DNA from: Cyanophora paradoxa CCMP329
Taxonomy: Eukaryota; Plantae; Glaucophyta
NCBI GenBank assembly: GCA_004431415.1
Contig: QPMI01000612.1
Span: 1-64,000, forward strand
Length of the DNA: 64,000 nucleotides
Direction: 5' to 3'
Shown here: positions 51,528 through 64,000 of the stretch, piece by piece
Position numbering within the stretch: the stretch's first letter is position 1
Layout of the letters: each line of letters begins with the position of its first letter
Notes under the pieces: model-generated
Database searches by the model: none
Told to the model about the DNA's origin: nothing
The model's input: only the letters and a program-made list of their open reading frames with translations
Made by a program: the position numbers and the translations under genes

Positions 51528-52705
51528 CTAGCTGGGGCGGGGCCCGGGGGCCTGGAGGCCGGTGTAGGGGGCGTGGATGCCGGCGGCGCGGAAGAAGCGG
51601 GCGACGGCGTCGGCGACGCGGGCCTCGTGCCCCACGAAGGAGTGCCCGGCGCCCTCCACCAGCTCCAGCTCGTGGCTCTCCAGCAGCGCCGCGTAGCTCG
51701 CCGCGTCTGCGCGCCCCTCAGGGGACCCTCTCGGGGGGCCGGGGCCGGCGCGCCCTCGACGGGGACCGTGTTGTCGGCGGTGCCGTGGACGATGAGGACG
51801 CGGGCGGAGACGGCGCGGGCGGCGGCCGCCATGTCGAGCGTCTCCCGCTCCCGGATCGCCGCCTTGTCCACGAGCACGCGGGCCCCGGGGGACGGCTCCC
51901 AGTGGAAGCTCCCCGCCGCCTCGAGCGCGGCCATCTGCTCGGCGCTGAAGCGCGGCGGGCTCCGCGTCATCTCGTAGCGCCCGCACAAGTTCACGACGAA
52001 CGGCACGTCTCCGTACTTGGCGCTGTAGAGCTGCGCGCCGGCGTGTCTCGGCGGGCGTCGCAGGCACAGGCGGGCCGGGGGCGCGGCGGGGCGCGGCGGA
52101 GGGTCGCGACGCACGAGGACGACGTTGCCGCCCTTGCTGTGGCCGAGGATGCCCTGCACGTCGAGGCGGTGCTCGCCCCGCAGGCACTCCACGAACGCCC
52201 GCAGGTCCTCCGCCTCCTTGTGGTAGTGCGCGTACACGCAGGCGCCTGCCCCCGTGCGCTCGTCACCAGCGCGAAAGGCGCACTCCAGGCGCGAGGCCCT
52301 AGGCCCCCCGCCGCGCTCGCACGCCGGCAGCGCGCGGCGCGGCCAGCTCGCCAGTGCGGCGCCCCGCGCGCGGGCGCACCCTCGCTCTCGCCGTTCCCAG
52401 AGAAGTCGCCCCGGAAGGTGTTGAACGGCAGCGCCTTCGCCAAGCTGAGGATGATGCCCCGGTTCTTGTGGCAGAGCCTGCGCGAGCCTCGCGCACGCGA
52501 GGGCCGGGGGCGGGCATAGCAAGGCGCACAGGCCGTGGCAGAGAATGACGACGTGGTTCGATTCCGGTGCTTTGCGCGCAAGGATGCCGACCTGCACGGC
52601 ACAGCGCGTCGATTTGGATGATCGGTAGCGAGTACAGGCGGGACTGCAGACCAGCTTTTCCCCGCTTGCGTTTCGAGTCTCCACCCGGACCTCGTACTCC
52701 TCCAT
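51528..52705 (-). CDS. Alpha/beta-fold serine hydrolase
   Basis: ILCHG, DFSGNGESEG, nucleophile GHSKGG, HGTADNTVP and GAGH. Confidence 0.88.
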
Positions 52706-52998
52706 TCGGCGCTCGCCTGGGCGGCGCTGGCCGGCGCGTCTAAATCGACAGTACGTGTACCCTGGACTTCGGCCCAAGTGAAACTGGCGTACCCCGGACC
52801 CAGCCCGACGCCGAGTGCTAGCCGAGTCTGGCCGCAAATCTAGAAAGCCGTGATGCTCGACATGTACAGAGGCATGGGAGGAAGGAACAGGCGGGGCGCC
52901 ACAGCTGGGGCGGGGGAAAGAGGCGCGGGCGGGGAACGATTCAGAGCCGCAAGGCCCGGCCGGCGAGGGCGGCGCGAGGCGCGCGAGCGTCAACGTCG

Positions 52999-54830
52999 TC
53001 ACTGAATTGAGCAGCCGCCGTCCCTCGCCCGCTGGCGAGGGCAGGGGCGGCCCATTGGGTGGCTGTTCGGCCTGCGCGTTGGAGGCGTGAGGAGAGGGGG
53101 AGAGGGGACGGGACGCGGGGATGCGGGCCCTCTGTAGTCGCAGAGGCAGGTCCAGATGAACTCATGACCGCATCGGCACGTCTGCGGCTGCCGCTCAGAG
53201 ACGCAAGGCGAAGCGAAGCACGGGGTGGGGCGGGGCGCGCCATGTGGTCGCAGCCGCCGCTCTTCTCGATGGCGTTGTTGCAGCGGGGGCAGGGCTTCGT
53301 CACCCGCGCCAGGGCCGCCGCCGTCCTGTCCAGATCGGATCAGAGCGGACCAGAGACGGGCGGGGATGGGCGCGGCGCACGCGAGGCGGCCTGCCGCCCC
53401 GTTGTCCCGCTCCCGCTCCCGCTGCCGCGCCGCCCACTGCTCGCAGTTCATCCCGTCGTGCCACTGCGCGGACGGACGTCAGCCATTCTCCGCGGGCAGA
53501 GCGGCCGGCCGGGCGGAGCGGGGCGGGGCCGGGGCGCACGGGAACGGAGCAGCGGGCGCAGGAGTCGCGGCGGCAGAGGCTGCAGCGGACGCGGGAGGGG
53601 CGCTGCTCGCCGGCCCCCACCGCCATCATGTAGTAGCATCCGGGCTGCGAGCACGTCCTGCGAGCGGAGCTCAGAGCAGTCCGCACCGATTCGAGCCGAC
53701 CCGAGCCGATCTGATCCTACCAGCGCTCGGCCTCCGGGACGCTCTGCATGACGACGACCTGGTCGTAGCGGCGGCGGTCCTCGGGGGCGCGCAGGTAGCG
53801 GGTCAGCAGCTCCCGCTGGTCCACCTCCGCCCCGCATTCTGGAAGCGGGCAGCGGATAGGCAGCCGGGCCTCGCCGAGGAGCGCCATAGCGTGGCCCCGC
53901 AGGCACTCCGCGTGGAAGGCGTGCCCACACGCGCCCAGCGCCTCCCGCTCGTCCCGCACCATCCCCTCCAGGCACACGCGGCACTCCTCCAGCGCCACCT
54001 CCGCCGCCGCCGGGGCCGCCGCGCCCGACGAGCCCGCAGGCCCTGCCGCCTGCGCCGCCTGCGCCTCGGCGGCGGCGCGCTCGGCGCGCTCGGCGGCCTC
54101 GATGCGGGCGATGAGGGCCGCGAGGGCCGCGGAGTCCGCTGCGGGGCCTCAGTCCGGCGACGGAGGCGGAGGCGGAGGTGCCCGGGCGGCGGGCACCGCG
54201 GCAGGCCCGGAGGGCGGCCTCGAGGCGGGCGGCGAGCGGCGCCAGGTCATCCTCCGGGCTTTCCCGCCGCAGAAGCCCGTCCAAGAAGCCCCGCCGCTGC
54301 TGCTGCGACGCCTGCGTACGGCTTCGTCTGCGGGGGGCGCGCGGGCGCCCGCGTGCTTCCCGCGGACCTCCGAGACGTCGCGGAGGACGGCGATGCCCTC
54401 CTGGAGCTGCTGGGACTGCGCACGCAGGCTCGCGCCGACCCGCTGTAGCTCCGCCAGCAGAGCCGTCCGCCCCGAGTCCCGCGGCTGCGCCGCACCCGGC
54501 GGCTGCAGCCGCGACGACGTCGGCCAGGCCTTGACGAACTCCACCACGACGCCAGCGACAAAGATGCCGCCTAGGGCGAGCCCGACGACGCGCAGGCCCT
54601 CTCCGAGCATCCCCGAGGCGACGGCCGCCGTGCCGCCAAAGATGGCAACTCCCACACCGAAGTCGAATGCGCTGGCACCAGACGTCGGCGACTGCTGAGG
54701 CCGCCGCTGTGTTGAGCTCATCGAATGCACTGAAATACGGCGCTATGTGGAGTTCGCTGTGTAAGCGATGCGCGAGAGCGCCAGCCGGGCCCGGCCCCCG
54801 CGGCCGCGGTCAGGTGACAGAGATGGCAAT
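52999..54830 (-). CDS. RBR (RING1-IBR-RING2) E3 ubiquitin ligase with hydrophobic N-terminal segments; 5' end uncertain
   Basis: CRVC..CGHAFHAEC..CPLPEC, an IBR-like Cys cluster, and KPCPRC..IEKSGGCDHM. Confidence 0.8.
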
Positions 54831-55040
54831 CACGGTGCCTGGGTGCCTGCCTCGCGACGGCGGCGGCGGCGTAGGGCGCGTGGGAGCGGCTAGCTAGGGG
54901 CAGCCTGAGCGGGCTTCCCCGGTCAATTGCAAGCTGGTCAGGGCGCAGTGAAGTGACGCCGCAGTCTCCTGAGGGGGGTACGGCGAGGTCGCACTTGGCA
55001 AGCAGCTGCCCTCTCGCGGCGATCCAGGGGCGCAGTTGCA

Positions 55041-57165
55041 ATGAATCTGTCAAGAGGGCAGAGCAGCGGTGAGTTCTCGCTGCGCGAGCGTGGAGCGCGG
55101 CCGGGGCGCCCGCTCGGCTCGCGGCCTTGGCCGCACGCCTGCGCGCGCGACCAGTGACGCGTTTCTGCTTCGCAGAGCTGTTATTTATCGGGTTCAACCA
55201 AGGTGCGCGCCTGCATGCGATCTGCCGCCCGCGGCGTTCTCGTTCAGACAACTTCGTCCGCAATCAGACCACGGGTGCTACGCGGTTGGCACGGATTCCG
55301 GTGCGCATCGCTGCGCTTCGGCTTGTATGCACGTAAGCGCCAGCTCACGCCCTCTCGTCGCACCGACAGGTTTTCGCATATACAAGCGAGCCCTGGCGCC
55401 CCCTGTCCGCGCCGCCCGAGTCAGCTGACCTGGCCCGCCTCCGCTCCGCGCAGCTCGGATCCATTCAAGGAGACATTCCGAAGAGGTGCACAGGACGCAC
55501 GTACACGGGCGGAGGGCGCGCTGACGCGGCGCTCCTGCAGAGTTCCACGGGGGCCATGGCGGCATCGGCGTGGTCGAAATGCTCTTCCGGTGCAACATCC
55601 TGGCGCTCGTAGGCGGGGGCACGAACCCGCGCTACCCGCCCAGCAAGGTCCGCCGGGACGCGAGCGCGCGCGAAGGCTGACTGCGCCACGCGGCCTGAGC
55701 GGGTGGCGCGTGCAGGTCATGATCTGGGACGACCACCAGTCGCGCTGCATCGGGGAGCTGAGCTTCAAGAACGAGGTCAAGGCCGTCCGGCTGCGCCGCG
55801 ACCGGTGCGCGCGCGCGCCGCGCGGCGGCTCCGGGGGCGGGGCGGGACGGTGTGGGGCGGGCAGGATCGTGGTGGTGCTGGAGCAGCGCATCTACGTGTA
55901 CAACTTCTCCGACCTCAAGCTCCTCGACCAGATCGACACCTTCGCCAACCCCAAGGGCCCGCCGCCCCCCGCCCCCCGGCCCCCCGGCCCCCCGGCCCCC
56001 CGCCTGACGCGCCTGCGCGGCGCCGGGCGGCGCAGGGCTGTGCGCGCTGTGCCCGACGTCGACGAACATCGCGCTGGCGTGCCCGGGGCTGCACAAGGGG
56101 GACGTGTGCGTGCGGCTGTACGACAACGCGAACCCGACGTGGATCAAGGCGCACGAGGGGGCCCTCTCGGCCCTCGCCCTCAACCTCGACGGCACCCGCC
56201 TCGCCACCGCCTCCGACAAGGGCACCCTCATCCGCCTCTTCGACACCGCCACCGCCGCCCCGCTCCAGGAGCTCCGCAGGGGCGCCCAGAGCGCCGAGAT
56301 CTACCAGTGCGGCGCCCCCCTCTACGCTCCCCGCACACCCCCTTATCTGCCCCGTCCGCGCGCGCGGCAGCATCGCGTTCAACGCGTCGTCGACGATGGT
56401 GTGCACGACGTCGAGCTCGGGCACCGTGCACGTCTTCTCCATCGCCCCCGTCCCCGACGCCGACCTGTGCGCCCCGCCCCGCCCAACCCCAAACCAACCC
56501 GAGGCCGCCTTAGCTGAGCCGAGCCGCGCCGGGCCGGGCGCCGCTGAGCGGGGGCGGCAGGCGGCCGACCTCATCGGGCGGGGGCCGCCCGGGCTCTTCG
56601 GGGGGCGCCCCCGGCCCCTCCAGCCCCGAGGTGTCCAACCAGAAGTCGGCGTGCGCGCGTGCCCCCGCCTCTCGCCCGGCGGGGCCCGCCCTCAGCGTCT
56701 GCGGCTGGCGCAGGCTCTCGTTCTTCGCGCCGGTGCTGCCGAGCTACTTCAAGTCCGAGTGGTCCTTCGCCCGCTTCCACATCCCCGACAAGGGCTACGG
56801 CGACCCCCGCGCCATCTGCGCCTTCGGGGCCGACCGCAACACCGTCGTCGGTGCGCCCCAGCGTCGGCGAGATGGGGGGGGACCGCGGCCCCTGCCGAGC
56901 GCCGCCTCGCCCATCACCCCTCCCGGTCTCGCTCCGCAGTGGTGTGCGCGGACGGGACGTACTACAAGTGCAGCTTCGACCCCGTCAAGGGCGGCGACAT
57001 GCGCCAGGAGGTCATCTGCCGCGTGCGCTCGCACCCCCCCCCTCCCCCCCCCCTCCCCCTCCCAAGCTTCCGCGTACCCGCGCCTCATCGTCGCCCCCTC
57101 GAGCTCACCCACGCCGCCGCCAGTTCGTCGCGTCGCCGTCCGACCCCGTCGGCATCACCCACTAG
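55041..57165 (+). CDS. ATG18: ATG18/WIPI PROPPIN beta-propeller
   Basis: [43 protein letters not shown], and the lipid-binding LRRG motif. Confidence 0.92.
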
Positions 57166-57630
57166 ACGCCCCCGAGGCCTCCGCCTTGACCCTACTTCTG
57201 GACCCCTGCTGAGCGTGACCGTACCGTACCCATCTTCCGCCCTCCGTCCTCCCCGGCCTTCCCTCCGTGTACAGCCAGCGAACCGTACCCCTTCCTGTCT
57301 TCCTTCCCCATCCCGGAGTCCCCGTTCCCGAGGTGCAACCCCAGGCAACCGGCCTGCACCACCTTCCCCTCGGGCCTAGGCAAGTCGACGGTGCCCCGAG
57401 GCACCACGGCCGCGCCAGGCCCGCCCATGCGGTAACTGTTACAATCTCACAAGCGCCGCGAATCTGAAGAGCTGCGATGAAACTAGGGGACGTCCTGCAT
57501 CGACACGAGAATGACCTGCCTAACATGAATCTGCATACACTGCAGCTGGCTTCACAAGTCCAGGCAGCAGCGAATATCGAACCCCAGAAGTCGACGGAAA
57601 AAAGAGGAAATGAAGGGGGGCGCCGGGCCG

Positions 57631-59943
57631 CTAGCGGCCGGGGGGCGGGGCGACGGCGGCGGGGGCGAGGGAGGGGAGGGACTCCCAGTCGGCGAGGAGG
57701 CGGGGCGGGGGGCGCGGGGGCGGGGGCAGGGTGACGGCGCGCAGGGCGGGGCAGCGGGCGAGCTCGAGGCGCTGGAGGGCGCGCTGGCGGTGGAGCCGGA
57801 GCTCGGCGAGGGGCAGGCCGCGGAGGGTGAGGGAGCGGAGGGAGAAGCGGGCGGCCTCGAGGAGGGGGCCCACGAGCGCCTGCGTGGCCCCCGGCAGCTC
57901 GCTCAGCTCCAGCACCGCCAGGCACTCGCTCGGCGCCACCTGCGCCCGAGGGCGTGAGGGCGCGAGCCGCGAGGCGGCGAGGGCGGGGCGGGCCTGGAGG
58001 GAGTAGGGGCCGAGGTCGCGGAGGCGGAGGCTCTCGGCCCGGGGGCACGCGACCGTGAGGACGGAGACGGGGCGGCGGCGGGCCGGGGAGGCGAAGCGGA
58101 GGCGCTCGAGGGAGACGTGGGCGGCGGCGGGCACGTCGAGCAGCAGCGACGCCTCCTCGAAGAGCAGCCGCCGCAGGTGCACGCCCCGCAGCTGCGCCGC
58201 CCCGGGGCCCCCGATCCAGCCGCCGGCCGCCGCCGCCGCCGACTCGACCCATGGGCAGGTGTACGCCGGCTTGGGGAGCAGGGTCGGGGCGAGGTTCCAG
58301 GAGCGGCCGAGGGCCGTCCACCACCCGCCCTCCTCCTCCTCCGCCTCGACGGGGCCCGGGCCGACGTCGAGGCAGGCCAGGCCCGTGGCGTGGCGGAGGC
58401 CGGCGGAGACGCGCCAGTCGAGGCCGCCCGTCGCGACGAGCCGCTCGAGGCGGGGCGCCCCGGCGGCGCGCTCGAGGGCGAGGGGGCAGCCCTCGACGCG
58501 GAGCTCCCGCAGGCTGCCGCACGCCTCCAGCTCGAGGGGCAGCAGCGAGCCCTCCGTCCCCTCCCGCCCGTGCCGGATCGAGATGCGCTCCAGCAGCGGG
58601 CAGTTCCGGAAGTGGGCGCGCAGCAGGGCGAGGCCCTTGGGGGCCGCCTTGCCGCCCCCGCCCCCGCCCCCGTCGTCCGCCTCGTCCTCCTCGTCCTCCT
58701 CCCCGGCCTTGCCCTTCTTGCCCCCGCCCGCCGCCCCGCCCCGCGAGAGGCCGCAGGCGAGGCGGAAGGAGCGCAGGCGGGGGCAGTCCGCCACCAGCAG
58801 CTCCCCGATCTCGCCGGCCACGTGCCTGCGCCGCGCCGCGAGGAGGGGTCGAGGCGGGCCGCACCGGCGGCGCGGGGGCGGGCGGGGGCGCGCACGCTAT
58901 GTCGAGGTGGTGGAGGGTCTTGGCGAGGCGGCCGATGTCGCCGGGCGTGCCGCGCCAGGGCCCGCGGGCGGCGAGGGAGTGCACGGGGCTCCCCCACGTG
59001 AGGAGCTCGGCGAGGACGCGGAGGGAGATGGGCCGCAGCTTTCCGTCCCGCCACTTGGCGCACTCCGAGCGCTCCACCCGCAGCTCCCGCACCGTCGCCC
59101 CGCACCACTTCAGCAGCTGCCGCAGCGCCACCTCCGCGCCCCCCGCCAGCTCCAGCCGCATCCGCTCCAGCACCCCCTTGTTCGGCGTGCCCCGCACCCT
59201 GCAGACGCCGCTCGGCCGGGCGCGGGGCGCGGCGCGGCGGGCCAGTGCCGGGCTGGAGGGCGCACAGGCGGGGTATCTCCTCGCTGTCGACGGAGAAGGA
59301 GAGGGACTGCAGCCGCGGGAGACACAGGCGCAGAGCGGCGCATACGCCATCGGTCTGTGGGCCGCCGGCCGGCGTGAGGGCGGCGCCGGTAGGGCGCGGG
59401 GCGGGGCGTGGGGCCGGGGAGGCGCACGAGGCGAACGGTGTCATCGAGGTGGAGGTGCTGCAGCACGTCGCACTTCTCCAGAAGAAGCTGCGTCGCCCGG
59501 CTGCTCTCCTCGTCGTGGGACGCGCCGCCGGCGAGGATCGAGAGGCCGTAGAATGGACCGGCCCATTCCATAAGCCACTCGCACCACTGCCTCGTTATCT
59601 GGCCGCCGAATGCGACAGACGTCACCGCTCTCCGCGGCTCGCGCCAGAGGACGAGCAGGACGCCAGGGAGGCTCGAGGGCCCGATGCTGCCCGACGCCTC
59701 GACGAGTTCCAGCACCATCCTGAGGCGACGCACGTGAGAGGCCGTGAGCGGACGCGACGGTGCACGTCGTATGACGGCCGCGGCTGCTAACCGGCGCAGA
59801 GTCGAGCACGTTCGCTCGACTGCGACGACGTCCTGTAGCGGAAGCCGTCGCAACACGAGAGACAGAACGTTCATAGGCAGCTCCGCCAGCGAGCACGGGG
59901 CGCGCTGCGGAGGTTGGCCAGATGGCCCTGCGGGGTGCGCCAT
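57631..59943 (-). CDS. F-box / leucine-rich-repeat protein
   Basis: F-box LAELPMNVLSLVLRRLPLQDVVAVERTC. LRR-like CPRLRSFRL, CPLLERISI and CGSLRELRVEGC. Confidence 0.75.
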
Positions 59944-60210
59944 CGGCGCCCCACGACCTCCTAACTCGTCGTCGGGGTCGCCGGCAGGTGGGCGTACGAT
60001 TCCTCGCAGCAACGTCAGTAAGGCTGTACCCCGGGACGCTGACTTGGTCGTCCATCAACATCTTGCGTCCATATGCATGTCCTCCCGGAGTCCCACTCTA
60101 AACCTCTCACATACACGCGTGCACTCTGAGACTCAACCGAAAGCTGCTTGGTTCACTGCCTTTGAAAATCCTGACGAGTACAATAATCTGCGAGGGCGCG
60201 GGGCGCGCGT

Positions 60211-61896
60211 CTACTTGGCGGCGGCGACGTTCTTCTCGCGGAGCTGTTCTACGAGCTCGCGCTCCTCGCGCGAAAGGGTCGTCGGGATCTGCCCCGGCGG
60301 ATTCAGGAGAAGGAAACTAAAGGAAGAAGGACAGGGAAGAGGGGGCGCGGAGCGGACCTCGACGACGACGGTGACGAAGTGGTCACCGCGGCTGACGGGG
60401 TTCCCGAGGCGGGGCACGCCCTTGCCCCGCAGCTTGATCACCGTGTTCGGCTGCGTGCCCGATGGCACCTGCCCCCGGGCGTCAGCGAGGGGGAACGGAG
60501 AGGGAGAGGGGAGGGCGCGCCTCGACGGAGTCCTCGCCGTCCAGGGTCATGACGGGGATCTTGGTGCCCAGGATGGCGTCCAGGTACGAAACCTGCGCGC
60601 CCGTCAGCCGAGCGGCGCGGGAGACGAGAGAAGCGGGAGAGGGCGGGCCTTGATGTTGGAGAAGACGTTGATGCCCTCGCGGCGGAAGTTGGGGTCCGTC
60701 TTCACGTTCAGGTACACGTACATGTCGCCCGGCGGGCCGCCCCGCGGGCCCGCATCGCCCTCGCGCCGCACCCGCAGCCGCGAGCCCGTGTCCACGCCCG
60801 CCGGGATCCCGACGCTAAGCTTCTTGGTCGCCTTGACGCGGCCGGCGCCGGCGCAGGCCTCGCAGCTCGCCTCCACGACCTCGCCCTCCCCGCCGCAGGT
60901 CGGGCACACGGTGACTTGCGAGAAGGAGCCGAAAGGCGTCCGCGTCGAGCGGGCGACCTGGCCGGCGCCGCCGCAGGTGCCGCAGGTCTTGGGCCGCGTG
61001 CCGGGCTTCGCGCCGGTGCCGCTGCACTTGCCGCACGTCTCCAGGTGCGTGATCCGGATCTGCTGCTCGCCTCCGAAAACCGCTGTCTTGAAGTCGATGT
61101 CGAGGTCGACGCGCAGGTCCCCGCCCTGTGTCGGGCCCGCGCTGCGCCGCCCGCGGCCGCCGCCCGTCGAGAAGCCGCCGCCGAAGAACGTGTCGAAGAT
61201 ATCGCCGAACGGCATCCCGCCGAAGTCGCCGAAGTCGCCCATGTCGGGTCCAGCGCCGCCGCGGACGCCCGCCTCGCCGAACTGATCGTACCGCGCGCGG
61301 ACCTGATCGTCCGAGAGAACCTCGTACGCGCGCGCAATCTTCTTGAACATCTCCTCCGCATCTGGGCTCTTGTTCACGTCCGGGTGGTACTGCCGGGCCA
61401 GCCGCCTGTAGGCCGACTTGATGTCTTTCTTGTCAGCGTTGCGGGGCACGCCGAGAACCTCATAGTCTGCGCAAAAGGAAAGAGAAGGCGGGAGGGGCCC
61501 AACCTGGGTCAGGCCGGCGTTTGGGCGCGCGCACGCGCAGATTATTTAGGGGCGCGACGCACAGTCCTCCGCGCGGATGTCTGGGTAGGAGGAAGGAGAT
61601 CCTGCTGGTGTGTCCGGATCCGCTGCGCTCGCCGCCTCCCGCTCCTGCCGTAGCCCGTTCGCGAAGAAGTCCGAGTCGCGGAAGGCTGACTGCGGCGCCT
61701 TGCTGGCGACGAACGCGCTGCCAATGGAGCCGATCACCGTTGAGCGAAACTGCCGGCTGGCGCTCGGGGTGGTGGTCGCGTGCGCTCGTGCAGTCGGTGC
61801 CCGCTGAGGCGCCTGTCTGCACGCGAAGGCGTGCGCGGCGCCCGGAACTGTCGAACTGAGGGCCGCCGGCGCCGCCGCAACAAAAGCTGCGTCCAT
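60211..61896 (-). CDS. dnaJ: Class A DnaJ/Hsp40, bacterial (cyanobacterial)-like, with probable plastid transit peptide
   Basis: HPD motif, G/F region and four CxxCxGxG repeats. The N-terminal extension [11 protein letters not shown].. is Ala/Ser/Arg-rich. Confidence 0.92.
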
Positions 61897-61982
61897 GCCT
61901 GGGACTGCGCGAGCTGAACTCCCTTCTCGAATGCCTTCGTTCGCAATTCGGTACCCGTGTTCGGAAAAAGAAGCGCGGCAGG

Positions 61983-64000
61983 ATGGCTTCGCTAGGCCTC
62001 GCAGGCGTTCGCACGACGGGCCAGGACGTCCGCAGTCAGAATGGTGAGGTTGAGACCCCCTCTCGGCGTCCTTGTGGAAGACGCGGGAACGCCGCCGAGC
62101 GCCCGCCGCCGGCTGACGCCGCATCGCAGTCACGGCCGCGGTCGCCGTAGCCAACATTGTGAAGAGCTCGCTGGGCCCTGTTGGCCTGGACAAGATGCTC
62201 GTCGATGACATTGGAGATGTGACCATCACAAACGACGGCGCGACCATCCTGAAGCAGATCGAGGTGGAACATCCGGCGGCGAAGGTGCTGGTGGAGCTCT
62301 CCAACCTGCAGGACCAGGAGGTTGGCGATGGCACGACTTCCGTCGTTATCATCGCCGCAGAGCTCCTCAAGGTGCGCTCCGCCGACGCGCAGCCGCTGCA
62401 GCGGCTCTAATGACAAGCACGGACGCCGCATCTCACCGCTGCCTGCTTGCGCAGCGCGCCAACGAGCTCGTGAAGAACAAGATCCACCCGACGAGCATCA
62501 TCTCTGGCTACCGGCTCGCGTCGAAGGAGGCATGCAAGTACATCCAGGATGTGCTCTGCGTGAAGTCGGAGAAGCTCGGTCGCGAGTGCTTGATCAACAT
62601 CGCTAAGACCTCGATGTCCTCGAAGATCATCGGAGCGTGCGTTCCCGCTAGCCGCGCGTACGCTGCAGCGCGCTGACGCACGTCTCCGGTGTGCAGCGAC
62701 AGCGAGTTCTTCTCGAACATGGTCGTGGACGCGATTACCAGCGTGAAGACGACGAACGAGAAGGGCGAGACCAAGTACCCTGTTAAGTCCATTAACATCC
62801 TCAAGGCGCACGGCAAGAGCGCGCACGAGAGCTCGCTGGTCCCGGGCTTTGCCCTCAACTGCACGCGCGCGTCCGAGGGTGCGCCGCCGCCTTGCCCTCG
62901 CGCACTCGCGACGCCGCTCAGACCCGCGCGCCAGCTATGCCCCGGCGGATCCAGAACGCGAAGATTGCGCTCCTGGATTACAACCTCAACAAGTTCCGGT
63001 TGCAGGCGCGTCGCTGTGCCGCCGCCGGCAGACCGCCGAGCGGGGCCTGCCGCTGACGACGCCGAGCGCGCAGATGGGAGTGCAGGTCCTGGTCGACGAC
63101 CCGCGCAAGCTGGAGGACATCCGCAAGCGGTGCGCCGCGCCGCGCACTGCGTCGCCGCCGCCGCCGCGCCCGGGCCGAGCCGGCGCCGCAGCGAGTCGGA
63201 CATCACAAAGGAGCGCATCGAGATGATCCTGAAGGCGGGCGCGAACGTGATCCTGACGACGAAGGGCATCGACGACCAGGCGCTGAAGTACTTCGTGGAG
63301 GCGAACGCGATCGCCGTGCGGCGGGTGAAGAAGGAGGACCTGCGGCGCATCGCCAAGGCGACGGGCGGGACGGTGCAGCTGACGCTGGCGAACCTCGAGG
63401 GGGAGGAGGCCTTCGACGCCTCGAGCCTCGGCTTCGCGGAGGAGGTCGTCCAGGAGCGCGTCGCCGACGACGAGCTCATCCTCATCCGCGGCACCAAGAC
63501 CGGCAAGGCCACCTCCATCCTCCTCCGCGGCGCCAACGACTACATGCTCGACGAGATGGAGCGGTCCGCCCCCCCCCTGCCCCGAGCTCGCTCTCCCGCC
63601 GACCCGGCCCCGCAGCTCCGTGCACGACTCGCTCTGCGCCGTCAAGCGCGTGCTCGAGTCGGGCGTGGTGGTCCCCGGCGGCGGCGCCGTCGAGACGGCC
63701 CTCTCCATCTACCTCGAGAACTTCGCGACGACCCTCGGCTCCCGCGAGCAGCTCGCCATCGCCGAGGCGCGCTCATCGCCCGCCCCGCCGGCCTCGTCCA
63801 ACTGTGCTTACGCGGCGCAGTTCGCGGAGGCGCTGCTGGTGATCCCGCGCACGCTGGCGGTGAACGCGGCGCAGGACGCGACAGAGCTCGTCGCCAAGCT
63901 CCGCGCCGTCCACAACTCCTCCCAGACCGACCCCTCCAAGAAGAACCTCATGCAGTGCGCCCCGCTACGCCACCCTCCACGCTCCGCGCTCACGTCTTCC
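61983..64000 (+). CDS. TCP1: Chaperonin CCT alpha subunit (runs off the window end)
   Basis: [53 protein letters not shown]. Confidence 0.96.

Overview
The window has two very different parts. Bases 1 to ~17073 are AT-rich and intronless and form the right-hand portion of an endogenous Polinton-like virus (PLV)/Maverick-type element whose left end lies outside the window. Its structural module holds a discoidin-domain ORF, two divergent penton-like genes, a probable major capsid protein and an A32-type packaging ATPase. After it come a complex non-coding repeat cassette, an AEP-PriCT2-SF3 primase-helicase, a protein-primed PolB, a DDE (rve) integrase and an S-adenosylmethionine decarboxylase-family gene. 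The element ends in a perfect 30-bp hairpin. It carries three candidate iteron-type origins and Mimiviridae-type AAAATTGA promoter motifs. Its left half has many single-base frameshifts, which could be real decay or long-read consensus error. From ~17074 onward is a very GC-rich, gene-dense eukaryotic host genome with many short introns, often GC-AG. Host genes are a large FN3-repeat membrane protein (interrupted by the element), aspartyl aminopeptidase, SLD5/GINS4, bestrophin, eIF4G, an unknown membrane protein, TMEM184, a CDKL kinase, MMAA, an alpha/beta hydrolase, an RBR E3 ligase, ATG18/WIPI, an F-box/LRR protein, a plastid-type DnaJ and CCT1. The DnaJ presequence suggests a primary-plastid alga, possibly a glaucophyte (inference). 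Host gene coordinates were read by eye and are approximate.
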